Shown here piece after piece: positions 1 through 33,744 of a stretch of DNA of 64,000 bases (positions within the stretch are counted from its first letter, which is position 1; every line of letters starts with the position of its first letter). The notes under the pieces are model-generated. The model saw only the letters and a list, made by a program, of their open reading frames with translations. It searched no databases and was not told where the DNA came from. Both the position numbers and the translations under genes were made by a program. The stretch lies in contig CM022671.1 in assembly GCA_012295275.1 (NCBI GenBank), forward strand, positions 20,026,001-20,090,000. The letters are read 5' to 3'. Source of the stretch: Chrysomallon squamiferum (taxonomy: Eukaryota; Animalia; Mollusca).

Positions 1-688
1 AAAGATGGGATAGTCTTTTTTGCTTTGGTTTTGAACAACAACTTTTGTGATTACCAGCAAAACCAAAGTTTGCTTAGTGTTTGCAACAATAAATATGAAG
101 AATTTAGCAACTGGAAAGATTTTAGAACATGTAGTTGATGATTACTTTATATTATGTCTCATAAATGATGCTGAGTTTAATAGTGATAGTAAAAATCAAC
201 ACTTTACAGAAATAAATGTATACAAGTTAGAATCGAAACAATGAGTAACAGGTTAATATAATTGTGATGGTTGTTCTTTCATATTTGTTAATACATCAGC
301 ATTTTTAGGAGAGGGGGGTCACCTTATTTCGCTTTTTATAAACAAACTGTTTCTTACTTTAGTTTCATGAAATCATCATGGTTAAAATATTTAATAAATG
401 ATTAAATCATTACTGTTATAAATATGATTTTCTCAGTTGTTTTCTACATAGTTTCATCTAAAAAGTTATATCATCTTTTCTAAATGGAACTTTTAAATAA
501 TTAAAATGTAAATCATTTAACAGGTAATTATTACCTGTAGCTTTCAGTAATGTCAAAAAACAAAAATATAATATTTTGGGCCATGTGAATATATGAACGC
601 ATATCTATATATTTATTAAATTACTGTATTGACAATCATAGGATTGAGAGTAGATCAACAAAATATTTTTAAAAATATTTATTTTTAG

Positions 689-19865
<19,177 letters not shown>

Positions 19866-20249
19866 CATCTTGCCTTGTTCCTTTAGTGGTTAAAAGTTGT
19901 ATAAACAAAACAAAACTAAAGAAAACTATTACAGAAATTAGACAAAAATCTTATCACGTGAACGAAATCACAAAGAGAACAGGCCTTTGATGTGAAGTAC
20001 TTTCCTTTGAACTTAATCTTATTAAGATTTTCTCATCAAAAGACCCTGCAAAACATTTAGCAAACATGATTTCTTATTCTTTGAAATTTATAATTTAATC
20101 ATTTTCTCTCTCTCTTTCTCTTTCTCAGCTATTTATTTCATTATATTTTAATTATGTAGTTGGAAAAAAGATGAAGATGTTAGACTGTTTGACAATGATG
20201 TGGTGTTAATTCTGTTTAAAGTTAATAGTAAAGATTGAAGATTTTTTTT

Positions 20250-20284
<35 letters not shown>

Positions 20285-20287
20285 ATG

Positions 20288-20318
<31 letters not shown>

Positions 20319-20900
20319 TGTATTGTAAATGTATTTAGTTTTATGGTTGATCATTCTCTGTACTTAATTGTATTAATCACTTTTAACCAATTAAACTAAC
20401 TTTAAATCCAAAAGGTGATTATTAAAAAAATTATATATTTCAAAATGTTTTTTTGTTTGTTACTTTGTTACTATTTTTAACTGTATAATCAAAACATTAT
20501 ACTGTTTTACTTTATTTATATATATATATATATATTTTTAATTATTATTATAATTTTTTAAAATTTATTTATTGTTTTAATTTGTTTTAACTAATTGAAC
20601 ATTACAATAATATTTTCATTTTAGTTAAAATGTTTTTTCTGTTAATGTCAGAATTTAAAATAATAAAAATAACATAATACAGATTTTTTTCTTTGAATTC
20701 ATTACAAACATTTGTCTATACATGTCTATATACGTATTTTTAAAAAGTTTTTACCTTCATTAATTCATTTGAAGGTATGGTATTTTATTTAACTAAAGGA
20801 CAGTTTGTTGGTTTGATTGTAATAAATGTATATAAAAAATAAAAATGAAATAAATTTAAATAATAAGAAAATAAACTACGTATGTCATATAGAAGCATAT
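19866..20900 (+). other. Probable QARS 3' UTR and polyadenylation region (end not defined)
   Basis: U-rich sequence after the stop; ATTAAA near 20421, AATAAA near 20662 and 20821. The site actually used cannot be determined from sequence. Confidence 0.4.
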
Positions 20901-21059
20901 AAAGATTTAAGATCTTTGCGATTTAATCCATATACCGAGACAAAAATTTAAATGAATAAAAATAAAATAATAAATGTGTGTGTATATATATATATTTTTT
21001 TTTTTTAAATTTGAGAAAAACGATAAATAAAAAAAAAAAAAACATTGTCATTTCCTTCC

Positions 21060-21240
21060 TATATATGCAGTCTGATAGCATTGTGCTTCAGTACAATGGA
21101 AAAAGAAAACGACGGGTGATGTTTCATAAATAAGGTAAATACCATATAACGTTCGGTCGTTTAGAACTTGACGGAGTCGCAGTTGGGGACCTGTATTATA
21201 ACATTTTGAATATACTATTGTTAAATAAAACATTTCTTCA
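21060..21240 (+). mobile_element. Possible 3' part of a degraded SINE
   Basis: CCATATAAC ... GTTAAATAAAACATTTC resembles the 3' tail of gastropod Meta-type SINEs (recalled consensus, not searched). Confidence 0.35.
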
Positions 21241-21469
21241 TTGTAGCTTCTGTTTAATGAAGAAATAATAGACGTTTTCCTCTCTCATTTCATTTTATAT
21301 GAAAGATAACTGCCATTAATATTGAAATTTGGTTGATATATATTTCGTTAAATTCGTTCATGCATTGATTTATTCTTTAAAAGAGATTCTTCTGAAGTTA
21401 GTTATATGTAACTCCATTATTCATGATTGCATTTTTAAATGTTTTTTTTTTTTTTTTGTTATGTTGGTT

Positions 21470-21536
21470 ACATTATGAAACATATCCTTTCCATAATTTA
21501 ACATTATGAAACATATCCTTTCCATAATTTAACATT
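21470..21536. repeat. Perfect 31-bp tandem duplication (ACATTATGAAACATATCCTTTCCATAATTTA x2 + partial)
   Basis: Direct reading. Confidence 0.95.
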
Positions 21537-22839
21537 TTAGTATTTCTAGCAACAAAAAGAAGTTTTCACCTGCTGAAATAAATATTTTATTATGTGACTG
21601 AGAAGACAATATTTTACATGCTCACAAAAATGGCTGTCTAGACTGGGTGAAGTAATAAAAATTCATTGGGCATGTAGGTGTGACCTTTGCTTTTAGAAAG
21701 AAACTTTCTTTAAATCTGTTTGAAAAAGAAATGACATTAACTACTTGATATGTTCCTGGTGATTAAATTTCAGTTTGACAGTAAAAATTCTTTAAATCAT
21801 TCAGATCTCCTGAACTCAAAAGCAGGATGAATTTTGAACTTAACACAATGAATTAAATTTTAATTGTTTATTGTGTGACCATTGAATATAATTTTTTTTA
21901 GAATTAATCGTTTATACTGTAATAATATAATTATTTATAGTATGACCATTTTGCTCTATAAACTTTAAATTTAATCACTTACAGCGAAACCACTATGTTA
22001 AATAACATTTAAAATTAACTGATTATCGTGCACCCATTGTGTTACGTGGGATTTAGAATTGTTTATAGTGTAACCCTCTCTGTTATATAAAATCGAAAAA
22101 TAATCATTATAAATTATAAGTTATATTTATAACTATTGTGTTGCATACAATTTAGAATTCATTCTTTTTTTTAGTATATCCACTGTGTTATGTAAAATAT
22201 TGAATTGTTCATACTCTGTCCAGGGTATACTTTATAACGTTAAGATGAAGAAATGACGTTCTTTTACAGAGGTGTAGGTCGTTACTAATTTTATTGTAGC
22301 ACGATGTATTTTTAAATTTGTATTCAAAACCCACCACTTACATATGTAAGAACGGTTGTATGAAAGGTTCGTTTATTGCCTTTGTCAGATGTTCCATCAA
22401 ATATCAACACAGTTTATTTGTAATCATTTATAGTGGCAACTTACAACTGCAGGTTGAAAGATGCCGTCCTTAGAATGTCTAAATATAAACGCTATAAAAA
22501 CTTAAAGTGGGTTCACCTGCACATATTTATGTCAAAGATGAATGTTAAAAATAATTTCCTGTGACAAATGTTAGAAACTATTTTATTAATTTATATATTT
22601 ATTAATTAATTTATTTTTTATTATTATTTTTTTTTTTTTTTTTTTCTGTATCTTTCTTGAAACTTGAATTTCAATTGAAATATGTCTAAGGATGGTGGAA
22701 ATTTATTTTAATTTATTTTTTTTTTTCTTCAGAAAATTGCTTTAGAAATCGAATTGAAGCCTTTTATTAAAATTAAAAAATAAATTCGACAAACTCTTCA
22801 AAACCAAATTGAAAATATTAATATTTTACTATACTTATT

Positions 22840-23095
22840 ATTATAAGCAGAACCAATCTTCCTCTTTGAATTGAGTCAACTTGTTCAGCCAGTGCCAGAC
22901 GACTTTATATCGTTTTTTTTGTTTTTTTGACTAACATAACCTTGTTAAACGGTAGAGGTATTCACGAAGAGATGACAGAAGTTTCATATCTAATTTCCTC
23001 AGTAAACAAACCTGGTATGTTTAACACCTATCAACCACTAGTATTAAAATGTGAAAGTTTTAAACAAGTATTTATATTCCATCTCATTCATTCAA
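22840..23095 (+). mobile_element. Degraded SINE (Meta-domain-like family)
   Basis: TTCAGCCAGTGCCAGACGACT..TATATC, then GAAG..GACAG..GTTTC, and an AAAATGTG..TTAAACAA..CATTCATTC tail, colinear with the recalled gastropod SINE consensus. Confidence 0.5.
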
Positions 23096-23719
23096 AGCAT
23101 AGACAAGATAATCTTATGATCTTTGTCATAAATAACAATCATCGTCATGCCAGTTTCTAAAGAAAATTCAATATAGATTTTATAGTATACTTTTTATTTT
23201 GTTTAGTTTTGTTTTATTTTTTTTTTCATGACTAGTTTAAAGATAGTTTGTGCTCCTCCTAGACTCGATTTTTCTTCTTCTTTTTCGTGTACAGTAATAT
23301 TTTATCTTATAATAATTATAAAACCGCCCCTCCCATGCATATTTCTTTCTATTACTTAACCTTTTAGAATGTACATCCCTGTATAATAATCGTGATATTG
23401 TCTTGTGCGTAACATTATGTAATGAGATAAGAATGGCGTATTGTTCAATTGGCAGTGACATATCTTGGCTGATATCATTTAAGTCAAGATAATGTATTGG
23501 CCTGGTGTTTGTCCAACTGTCCAGGCAAGCCTTATCTGTCAGTGAAACTTGATGTTTGCTTTCCTGAAATGAAAACTTTTGTTTGAAACTATCTTAAATA
23601 GATATTAGATAGGACGATTTGTATATTTTCAAACAAACGTTTTTGTATTTTGCGCACTATGCTTATAAAATATTATCTGTTTTAACATAAACACTTTCAG
23701 TAGCAAGAGTTTTGAGAAG

Positions 23720-23900
23720 CTGACTGGTTAGTTTTGGATGTATGCGATCTCAGGATCAATCCTTGCAACTTTCAATAGGGTTTTATTAACGTTTCAGCTG
23801 GTACTGCATAAGTATGTATTTGCTTTCTTGTTAATGGTACCGCCACATTTCATGGATGTACAATATTCTTAAACTGACATGTAACAGTGTCACGTGGAGT
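23720..23900 (+). mobile_element. Possible highly degraded SINE fragment
   Basis: AGGATCAATCC (B-box-like) followed by CGTTTCAGCTGGTACTGCA; weak similarity to the same family. Confidence 0.3.
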
Positions 23901-26458
23901 GTTAGCAGCAAGAAAGAAGTACGAGGAAAAAAATAATAATAATAAAAAGATTTCTTCGATATATATACCAAAATAATTCAGTACATTACTGAAATGATGT
24001 AAAATTTCTTTAGTGATTTATTTCTTCGAAGAGAACGTGACTCTCGACAATTAAGTAGGCAAATGACGTAAATAAGAAAATTAATAACTCGATTAACATC
24101 ATTCTTCTGTTGCTTGTCTTTAATACAAATGGCAATTGTCGACTGTTTAGTCAGTTCCATGATAGGGGAGCACTCAAGAGAGTTTGGCAGACAGTTTCCA
24201 AGTAATCTAAATCTTAATTACACGGATTATCAAGATTAATTAGGTCTCTCGATCTATTGGCAAACTAGCTATGTCATCAGATAATATGCAAGGAATGCAA
24301 ATGTATTTCCAAACATTATGTCGCGTAAGACTATAATGCCAGAATCCTTGTTTTCTGTAACATTTAATTTAAGTTATCAGCTGGTTACATATGCCAGGCC
24401 GAACATTTTCGATTTAACAGTTTTAAAAATATATATAATATATATAAAAAAAACCACAAAAAACCCACAAAAAAAACGTAGAAGAAAAAACATGATGATA
24501 CATTTCAGTCGACTGTCAATTTAGCTTTTAAAATTAACTGTTAATGCGATTCCACTATCTGCCTCTGTTCGGGGGAAAAGAAAAGAAAAAATTACACGAT
24601 ATACAGGATCTTTGGCTGCGCCGAATGGCATTTCCTTTAAGCTCTTAATAAATTCCGAATTAAATTTAGAATAGGTCAACGTTTTACAGCACAGACAACT
24701 CTACAAGACCGACTAAAGTCAAGTTTAGCAAATAAAAATAAAAAAAATGTTTCAAAGTTAGCGTACATGTTACAAAAGAACATTAATATTTGTATTTAAA
24801 GATGCATGCAATACGGATATTATAGGGTCGTATTCATATCATTTTAAATCTTTGGTCAACTTTGAAAAGCCAGAGTCCCCTCCCCGTTTGTTTTTGTTTT
24901 TTTTATATTTTACAAAATAAATATTTATATTAAAAAAAAAAAATTCTGTCTTTTATTTTTTTTTAAATGGAATAAAAAAGAAAAATGTCTAAATATAAAA
25001 AAAAAATTACATAAATTAAACGGAAAAAGAGATAAACTTGATAAAACTTAGAAGTAAAACGTCTAATGGTAATCCTAGATTTCATGTTTTGTTGTGGCTT
25101 ATTATCTTACGTGAACCTCAAACATTTTTATTTCTTTTGTATTCTGTTTTATTTATTTTGTTTTTTATATTTAAAAAAACATATATATATTTTTCGGAAA
25201 AAATAAACTACGTTACGATGCGTTTTAAATGATTAAAACCAACACTCGAATTGTAAGTCTCATGGCCACGCAAGCGATTCACATAACCGCTCGCACCTGG
25301 AATAAAGATCATTATTTCCGTTAATATTTCATGCGAATACCTTAGAAAGCTGTAAATGTGTTCTGAGCGTAGACATCAGTGGGAGGATAAAAGTAAATTT
25401 TCTGAAACACGCTAGACAGATATTCTGACTTTCTGTGTCGAGCATTCAGACTGGCAGACAAAGTCGACCAGAAAGAACATAAATGTCATTGGTATACAGA
25501 GCTTTATTGCTTCGCACTTGCATAATTTGTCTCGCTTCTGTCGCAGCAGTACATATTTTCACTTCAGTTTTCGGAGCCACAAGATGTCGCCAACAAAATA
25601 GATGACAGACTATAAATTAAAAAATTAAAAAATATGAGCGTGCCTTGTTTTGGTTGTTATTCAGATCATTAACATAAGTATACAACAGATTCAGAGCCAT
25701 TCTTATTGTAATCTGTTTTCATTCCTTTATTATTATAATTGCAAATGAAACACTTCCACAAACACAACTGCATTCCTGATCGGAATAATAATCTGCTTGT
25801 CTGTCTCTTACCCTCTCTCGCTTTATCTTTCTCTGTTCTTTCTCAGTAGCTGTCTCTCTCTCTTTCTCCCTCCTTGCTTTCATTCTCTGTCTCTCTCGTA
25901 TATGTTTGCTTCTCTAAATTCTCTCATTCTTCCATTTTCTCCATGCACGACTCTGTTGATTATGTTTCACATGTTAATTTAACGATATAATTCATCTTTT
26001 TAGCTCTGTCAGTTCTTGGTTTTCTAACAAGCCAGTGCTAAGCATGTCTTACTAACAAACCAAATCCCCATTCTGTGGCGCTTTCTTTCTTTTTTTCACC
26101 TACGGTTCGTATTCATGGGTGGGGCTGTAATACTAAAATGCTACCAATAACAAACCTTTCGATAATCGCATTATTTACATTTTCGTATGCGTCACTGGCT
26201 CAGGGGCCATTTTTCAGTGACAAATGTATATCTCTATCTTAGTACGATAAGGATAAAAAATAACTATGTTCAGAAATCTTGTGGCTTCAAGTAGGATGAA
26301 AAAAGCCAGACACGAGAAAAAAACAAAACAACAACAGAACAGTGAATTCTCTGTGGTATTTTAAGTAATACTTCTGTGTGTATCACTGATAAATACAGTT
26401 AGCGTTTGTTAACATGTCTTGGTAATTTATGCCTGTTGTTAAATCTGTGATTACTTTT

Positions 26459-26497
<39 letters not shown>

Positions 26498-27026
26498 AGT
26501 ATCTCACGCAGTACTAGTACAAATATATACAATTTTTACTCATTTCTTGAAGTTTAATCTTACACAGCACTCATGTCATGCAACATCGAAGCTGAAAATA
26601 AAATTTTGTAATATTTTAACGCCAAAAATGACGAATGGTATTAACACTTTTTTCTTCAGAATTCCAAGGACAAAACACATTGTTAGAAGGAAAAAAAAGG
26701 AGAACAGGACCTTCAACGTGCCATATTATTTTATGTTTTCTTTAATGGAATGGATCAAAAAAAAAGAGAAAAAAAATAGATTACAAGAAGAAGAAAAAAC
26801 AAAAGCACTCAACAACACTACATAGGAAGAAAAAAGTCTGCACATTCCATACGAACATACACATACACATACACATACATGTACTCGCAGACTTCTTCAT
26901 ATACTTTGATCAATAAAGTTTCTGAAAATGTTTTATTCTTATCTTTATCAAACAAAATGTTGTAAACTAAATATATATAGGCATATTTCTAACACTAATA
27001 ACGGATCATTATATTTTGTTATTAAC

Positions 27027-27027
<1 letters not shown>

Positions 27028-27081
<54 letters not shown>
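27028..27081. repeat. (ATT)n microsatellite
   Basis: Direct reading. Confidence 0.95.
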
Positions 27082-27083
<2 letters not shown>

Positions 27084-29790
27084 GACTATATACAGTGTAA
27101 TTAGATATTTCTGGAGGAAACATTAATGTTTTTATTGTCCAGAATTCCATTTAGAGTGCATTGCCGGTAAAATATTTTAAAACAGATAGGATATTCTTGC
27201 TCGTAAAAGATGCATTTCATGGACCAATAAATTGGAGGCTGTATTTAAAATGAAGGCGTACTTATTTCTCCGATAAACATTAAACATTTTGAACATGTTT
27301 TAAATAATGAAGCCGTGCTGAACTGTATTCTTTCTAGAAAACAAAAAGAAGAAGAAAAAAAAAGATTCTTTAACTGTAATAACATGTCTGCCATAAATGA
27401 ACTCATGTTTGTTTACGATTGTCGCAAAAGAAACAAAAGAAAAGAAAAAAGGATCGTTTTACAGACGATATAATTATAAGAACTGAACATCTGCCGCTTA
27501 AGCTCATTAAAAGATTATATTTATAGCTACTACCATTGTAGGTGGTAGTTGTCATCCTTAAATCGATAGATCTTTTAAAACAATAGCAATCATAAATAAA
27601 ATAATAATGATCATGACAATAATAATAATAATAGAAGCAGTATTGTTAATAGTAGTAATACTAGTAATAGAATTAGTAATATTATTAACAGTATAAATAG
27701 TAGTAATAGTGTAAATAGTAGGAGCATTAGTAGTAGTAGGCCTAGTAGTAGTAGTATAAGATACATTCGTATTATTAGTTGTGGTAATAACAGTAATAGG
27801 AGCAGCAGTAATAACAGTAGTAAACTATATGATAATAATTAAATATCAAAATCAGACTGAGTGTATGAAGTTAATTTTCTTGTCGTCTGCTTCTATTCCT
27901 TTGTCCTTTTTTTTGTTTTTATTCTTCATCTTTAAGAATGAACTCAGTGATAATAATAATAATAAAAAAAATATATATGTAGAGACATTTTTAAAAACTG
28001 TAATAGCAAAAAAAAAAAAAAAAAAATACAAACATTTTGGCGATAGAAAATAATTTTTCCATTTTTTTGTTTTCTCATCATAATTCTTTGACATTTCTTT
28101 ATCCTTCTTTGAGCTTATCATTATTGACTATATTTACAAATAAATTCCAATCAGGACCAATTTATCATTAACATGATTATTATAGAAGACATATATATCG
28201 GGATATTAACAAGTACATGTATAACCATAAACAATAATTATTATCTTGGATTTCTGAGATAGGGATGGCGTCAGAATATATATATTGATTACGAAATAAA
28301 ATACGTTACAGTATTAAAAAGAAGTAGAAGAAGAAGAAGAAATATAAGAACAGTTTTAAAGAAAATGAAATGAAAACGGTGTTGGTCGGTACAAATGCGA
28401 ATTACGGGTGGGGTGGCGAACACTGATTGCCATTTCTGTTTTAGAATATTATAATACGAAATTATATCTGGATAATAAGACCGTATATTTACATTATACA
28501 ACCATCTACGTATTAGAAACCTTGCACAACTCTTTCCCTTCGAGTTTATTATTTATTTTCACACAAATATTTCAGTCATTTTGAAAGTGACACGAAGTTT
28601 ACTACCAGCATAAATATTGTCGGAAATAAACCTTTGTTGTGGCTGGAGCATCAAATAGAACAAAAGCAGTTGTGAAAATAAACAGCTGACACGCCTGACC
28701 AATCTAATTCCAAGGAGAGAGTTTATCAAAGACGCCGAGTGCACGTCATCTACGCTTCATCATTATTATCTTCCACTGCGCTTGTATCACAGACACGTAA
28801 ACAAGAACTGCACTGCAGAAATCTTTAAAATATTTATTTCATCCCTATCATCAACAAATCGGCTTTCATCTTGACAAGCGAGTTCGGTTAAAAATGGAAC
28901 CGGGGTTATTATCAGGACCACGATCTTTATTGTACGGCGTAGTGCGTAGGAATAATTGCATAAACCGGCCGTGTGCTAATTTTTTTTTTAGCATAATCTT
29001 GCCAGTTCCGTGAGAAGGAATGCAAAACATTGGCAGATAGGCAAAATCAGAAGTACATTCAAGTTCCCGAGAGAAAATGTTCGTAAAAAAAAAACCCTCA
29101 AAAACCCAACAACATTCAACTAGCCGAGACTTATTTAGTAACAACGATTAGATTAACTGTTTGCGGCATAACCGACGTCACCACCCACACTGTAACGATC
29201 ACTCCCACTTCTGCTGCACATAACTTTGCGTCTTTCCTTCTTCTTCTCTTTCATTGACACTTCATTTTAGATATTCTGTTATATCTCAGATTATCAACTT
29301 TCTTTGGTAATTGCCCTCCAACCATTCGTCCATTCATAGAGTTTTGACACCATGATATCCATTCGAAGTTACTGTGAATTAGATTCTGTTTTGCTCTTTG
29401 ATAACGACAGACCTGTGGAAAGAATTATTATTAATGCATGGATTGTGTTTGTATTATTAGGTTGTGATGATCATGAAGGTAATCAGGATATGTGTGTGTG
29501 TGTGTGTGTGAAAAAAAGTTTAACAATGATCAAACAACGGCAGCGGGTTTCATCTCTGTTATTATCCATATTATTCAACAAACGTGTGACTAACATCTAA
29601 TAATTGGTGATATTTGAATATGATCATTTTCTTTGTACAGATATGTCTTTCTAATATTAATTACAAAATATTTCGTTCTAATTTTTAATTTTAAAATCAA
29701 TTTCGCTAAAATTGCTTTATAGTTTTTATAATTCTTTATTATATTAAAATCAACTTTTTCTCATTGTTTTGCAGTTTCTAAAATTTCTGT

Positions 29791-29821
<31 letters not shown>

Positions 29822-30866
29822 TCAATTTTCATAAAATAAAACAAATCTGTTATTAATATTAAAATAATGTTTTTCTTTTTTTTTTTTTTTCTGTTTAATA
29901 TTAAAATAAATTTTAGATATGTCTAGCAGTCAACAACGCAAGCACAGATTTCCCACTTTTAGCGTCTCCGCCTTGATATCTGTTTTTCAACAGGAGGGTA
30001 TCACAACGTGCGCTAGCGTCGTGTTTGCATTACCTCCCTTATCGGAAACGTGGTATCAGACGCTGGCCTGACTAAATTAAACACACGGTCACGTCCCTGC
30101 TGGATACGTAACACCTAAAGTAATAATAATAAATAAACATCACAATGCAACGTTATGTTGGTGGTCTGGTGCTTTCGTTATATAGTTACTGCTACAAGTG
30201 TATTTCGTCAGATTTTTTCTTCTTGTTTTGCATAAGGCTGAGTTACTTCAAAAACAAAAAAACTACAAAAAAAAAAGTCCAGATTTATGCAGCTGGTAAG
30301 GTGGTTTAAAAAAAAAAAAAAAAAAAAAATGACGAGAATTAAATATCTTTAATTAAAATATACTGAAGAAAATACTCGGTTTGAACTTTCACACATTTAT
30401 AACTATTAAGTGGTAGTTGTGCTGGTAAAGAAAGAAATGGGGGATAGATAGATATAAATATATCGGAGAGAGAGGAAAACGGAGAGAGGGAGGGAGGGAA
30501 GACAGAGGTTGAATTACAAAATTAAGGGGATACAAAGAGATGTTAAACTGAATGAGATATATTAGAAATAAGAGCTGTATGTATAATTTAGACAGTATTA
30601 AACAGTGGAAATGAATCATTTGCTACACATGATTCCAAAACTACAGCTATTATATTCAAGTGATCCGATATTTAAAAAATAATAATAAAGTAAAAAATAA
30701 AAAATAAAAATGATAATAATAATAAAAAATAAAAAACGGTTGTAATATGTTGTGAGGCAATTAAAAATGGTTTGAAAACAACCAGATGGTGTATTAGATT
30801 TTTTATTTTATTTTTTATATCCGATGACGATGAAAGGGGGCTAATTGGAGAAAGAGAAAGAGTAAT

Positions 30867-30869
<3 letters not shown>

Positions 30870-30963
<94 letters not shown>
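30870..30963. repeat. (AG)n microsatellite
   Basis: Direct reading; source of the spurious ERER/LSLS ORFs. Confidence 0.97.
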
Positions 30964-30965
<2 letters not shown>

Positions 30966-31981
30966 TGACAAATCTGTTTAGACACAGAAATACATTAGAT
31001 GCCTGTAAGTTCACGTTCTTCTTATTATTATTATTTGTTTTTCATAGAGTATCAGATAGCCACTTGCCCCCAAATCATCCCGAATACCACCCTCACGCTG
31101 AGGTTACTTTCAAATATATTTACATTCAAAAAAATAGAGTTAAAAGGTGAGCGGTTCACTTACAACTGAAAACTCAGTGGTGCACGTGATCGTGAAGATA
31201 TTGTCAACTTAAAACTCTTTTTCGGCATTTCCTGGCTGCAGAAACATTTGCCGCTAGATGGAGAGATAGTCACTGAAAATCAAATTCCTCTGCATACACG
31301 CGGTTCCACATGTCAAAACTCCAGCGTGGCAGTTTTTGGTCTGACAGACACAGTCAGGCGTCCCCGACTACGATTGGTGCGCACAACAAGATACTTATCA
31401 CATCACTTCATCTTTCCGTAGGCATGGAGTACGTTGTATGATATATGACAATATTATCTCTTTTTGAAGAATATCACCGAGAAACAGGAACGCGTTTTAA
31501 ATGATCTATAACAACTGGCGCGTGGTTGTTTTTTGAAATATGTGATGTTTTGAATAGGACAAAGTTACTGAAGTACAATATAAGTGGTTTTTATAGGTTT
31601 TGGGTTAATAAATAATAAATGCGTTATATTTGAAGTGAGATAATTTATTTCAAATGTTTGAAGTTAAGATGGTGTGTTTCGTTTGTTCTTGTTAATAAAT
31701 AAATTTGTTTATGTTTGAAATGACGTATTTCTGTTGTTTATGTTAGTAAATAAATGGTTATATTAGAACTGAGATGATGTATTTATGTGATTTTAAAAAG
31801 ACTATCGTCAATAATTCTGTTATTATCTTTCCTCTGTATTTTGTTTGTTTTTGTATCTCTTTCATTTCTGTTTAAATTTCTAGCTCGTTATCTCCACCCT
31901 GCAGTCTTTTTTCTCTTTCTTTCATTCTTTCGTTTTGTTTCTTTCATTATCAGTTTTCTTTTTCTTTTTTTATCTTTCTGT

Positions 31982-32020
<39 letters not shown>

Positions 32021-33234
32021 AAAGTATTTATTTTCATCACAGCTTTTTATAAAGAAGAAGGAAACAAATAAAAAATATGCCCACTAGAAAGAAGGAAACA
32101 TTTCTTTCCTGATAATGTTGATACTTTTCAGAATTAGTGACAAAATATTGAACTGATTTCTCAATCTTAACAAAGGTTTACTGCTTAGAATTTGAATCGT
32201 ATTGGATGAACCTTTTGAAATTTACATCTAACAAACTAATAAATAAATAAATAATTATGTAAAGAAATAAGTAAGTAAATAAATAAATAAATAATTAAGT
32301 AGGGAAATAAATAAATAAATAAATAAATAAAAAATAAATAAAATAAAAAAGTAAAATAAAATAAAATAAAAAAGTAAAATAAAGTTAATAAATTGAAATG
32401 CACCCACACACTCTCGCAAATCTCACGTTTAAGCCGTTCACATTAACGCTTGCAGACAGAGTACAATTTTATTATTTCCATTAATATTTATAAATTATTA
32501 ATAAATTCAGATCTCAGACGTTAACAGAAGATACCGTCTGACTTTAAAAACAAGCCATTATACATACGATGTACAGAAAAAAAAAAAGATAATTCTTAGG
32601 AACCATATCTTTTTCTCTGACTTACTTCTGACTCGTCTACAAGCCTTACCCTTAACAGCAATTAATTCCCGTTCCATACAGCTTATTAAATGGTATTTTT
32701 AGTGAGTTCTAACCAATGCATTTATAAGATAACTGATAACATTTTATTATTTTAAACCTAATAATCGTTTATATTAAAATCTTATATTCGTTCATTCAGT
32801 CAGGCGTAGCTTCGTTATCTTTTATTTGACAATCCAGTATATGTTTAAACTGTAGACAAAATTATTTTGTAATTTTTCATCGTCAACTTTGCTCTAGTTA
32901 TCACTTTATTTACCTCATTTCGAAAGTGCACACTAATGTATAATTTAAGTGCACACGAACTTCTTTGAATGTAATGTATCTGATGACTCTGGTCTTTTGA
33001 CAACTACATTTATACTGGGTTTTTAATTCAGCTACATCATTCTTTGTATTGTCAGTTCTAAAGGTCAACAAGAATAAAATATTTGTCAAATAAGAATTAA
33101 GCGTGAAGTACTAACTTTGCAGTGTTAGTTTCCCCAGGATTATTATATAGAAAATGAACATAAAAATACTATTATTATTATTATTATTATTGTTGTTGTT
33201 GTTGTTGTTGTTGTTATTACTACCAGTGGAGAAT

Positions 33235-33500
33235 ATATGAATGTTTATGAAAAGACATATTAGCTTATTTTAATATTTACAATTGTTATTAGCATAATTA
33301 TGATCTGAGGGAGGGTGTCTACTTCAGCTATAATATGCGTTAGCAATAAAGGATATTTTATACATACCTTCCCTTAGACATGAACCATGTACAACGACTT
33401 TGATAAACCAGTTATAACTTAAAATGGAAATAATATAATATATGCACTTCGGAGAATCGATCCTGTGTCTGATGCGTTTTGATCTCCGACTTACAGCCCA
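33235..33500 (-). mobile_element. Degraded, near full-length tRNA-derived SINE with a Meta-domain-like core
   Basis: TTAGCAATAAAGGATATTTTATACATACCTTCCCTTAGACA...CTTTGATAAACCAGT...GAATCGATCC parallels the reverse complement of the recalled MetaSINE core (TTAGCAGCAAGGGATCTTTTATATGCACCATCCCACAGACA...CTTTGATATACCAGT...GGATCGATCC). Confidence 0.65.
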
Positions 33501-33744
33501 TGTGAAACTGAAATATCTGTTGTTATTTTACTATTTTACTTTTGAAAATCCAAACAGGAAACGACAACACTTTAACAAAGAATGATTTAAGCTTGTATGT
33601 TGATGCGTAATTTGTGTTTGTGTATATGTGTGCATGTGCGTGTGCGTGTGCGTATGTGTGTGTGAATCTGCAGATTTGTTTGTTTAAAGATGTTGCAGAA
33701 ATGGAAAATTTTATTTTTAAAGTCCATAATATTACTATATGTTA

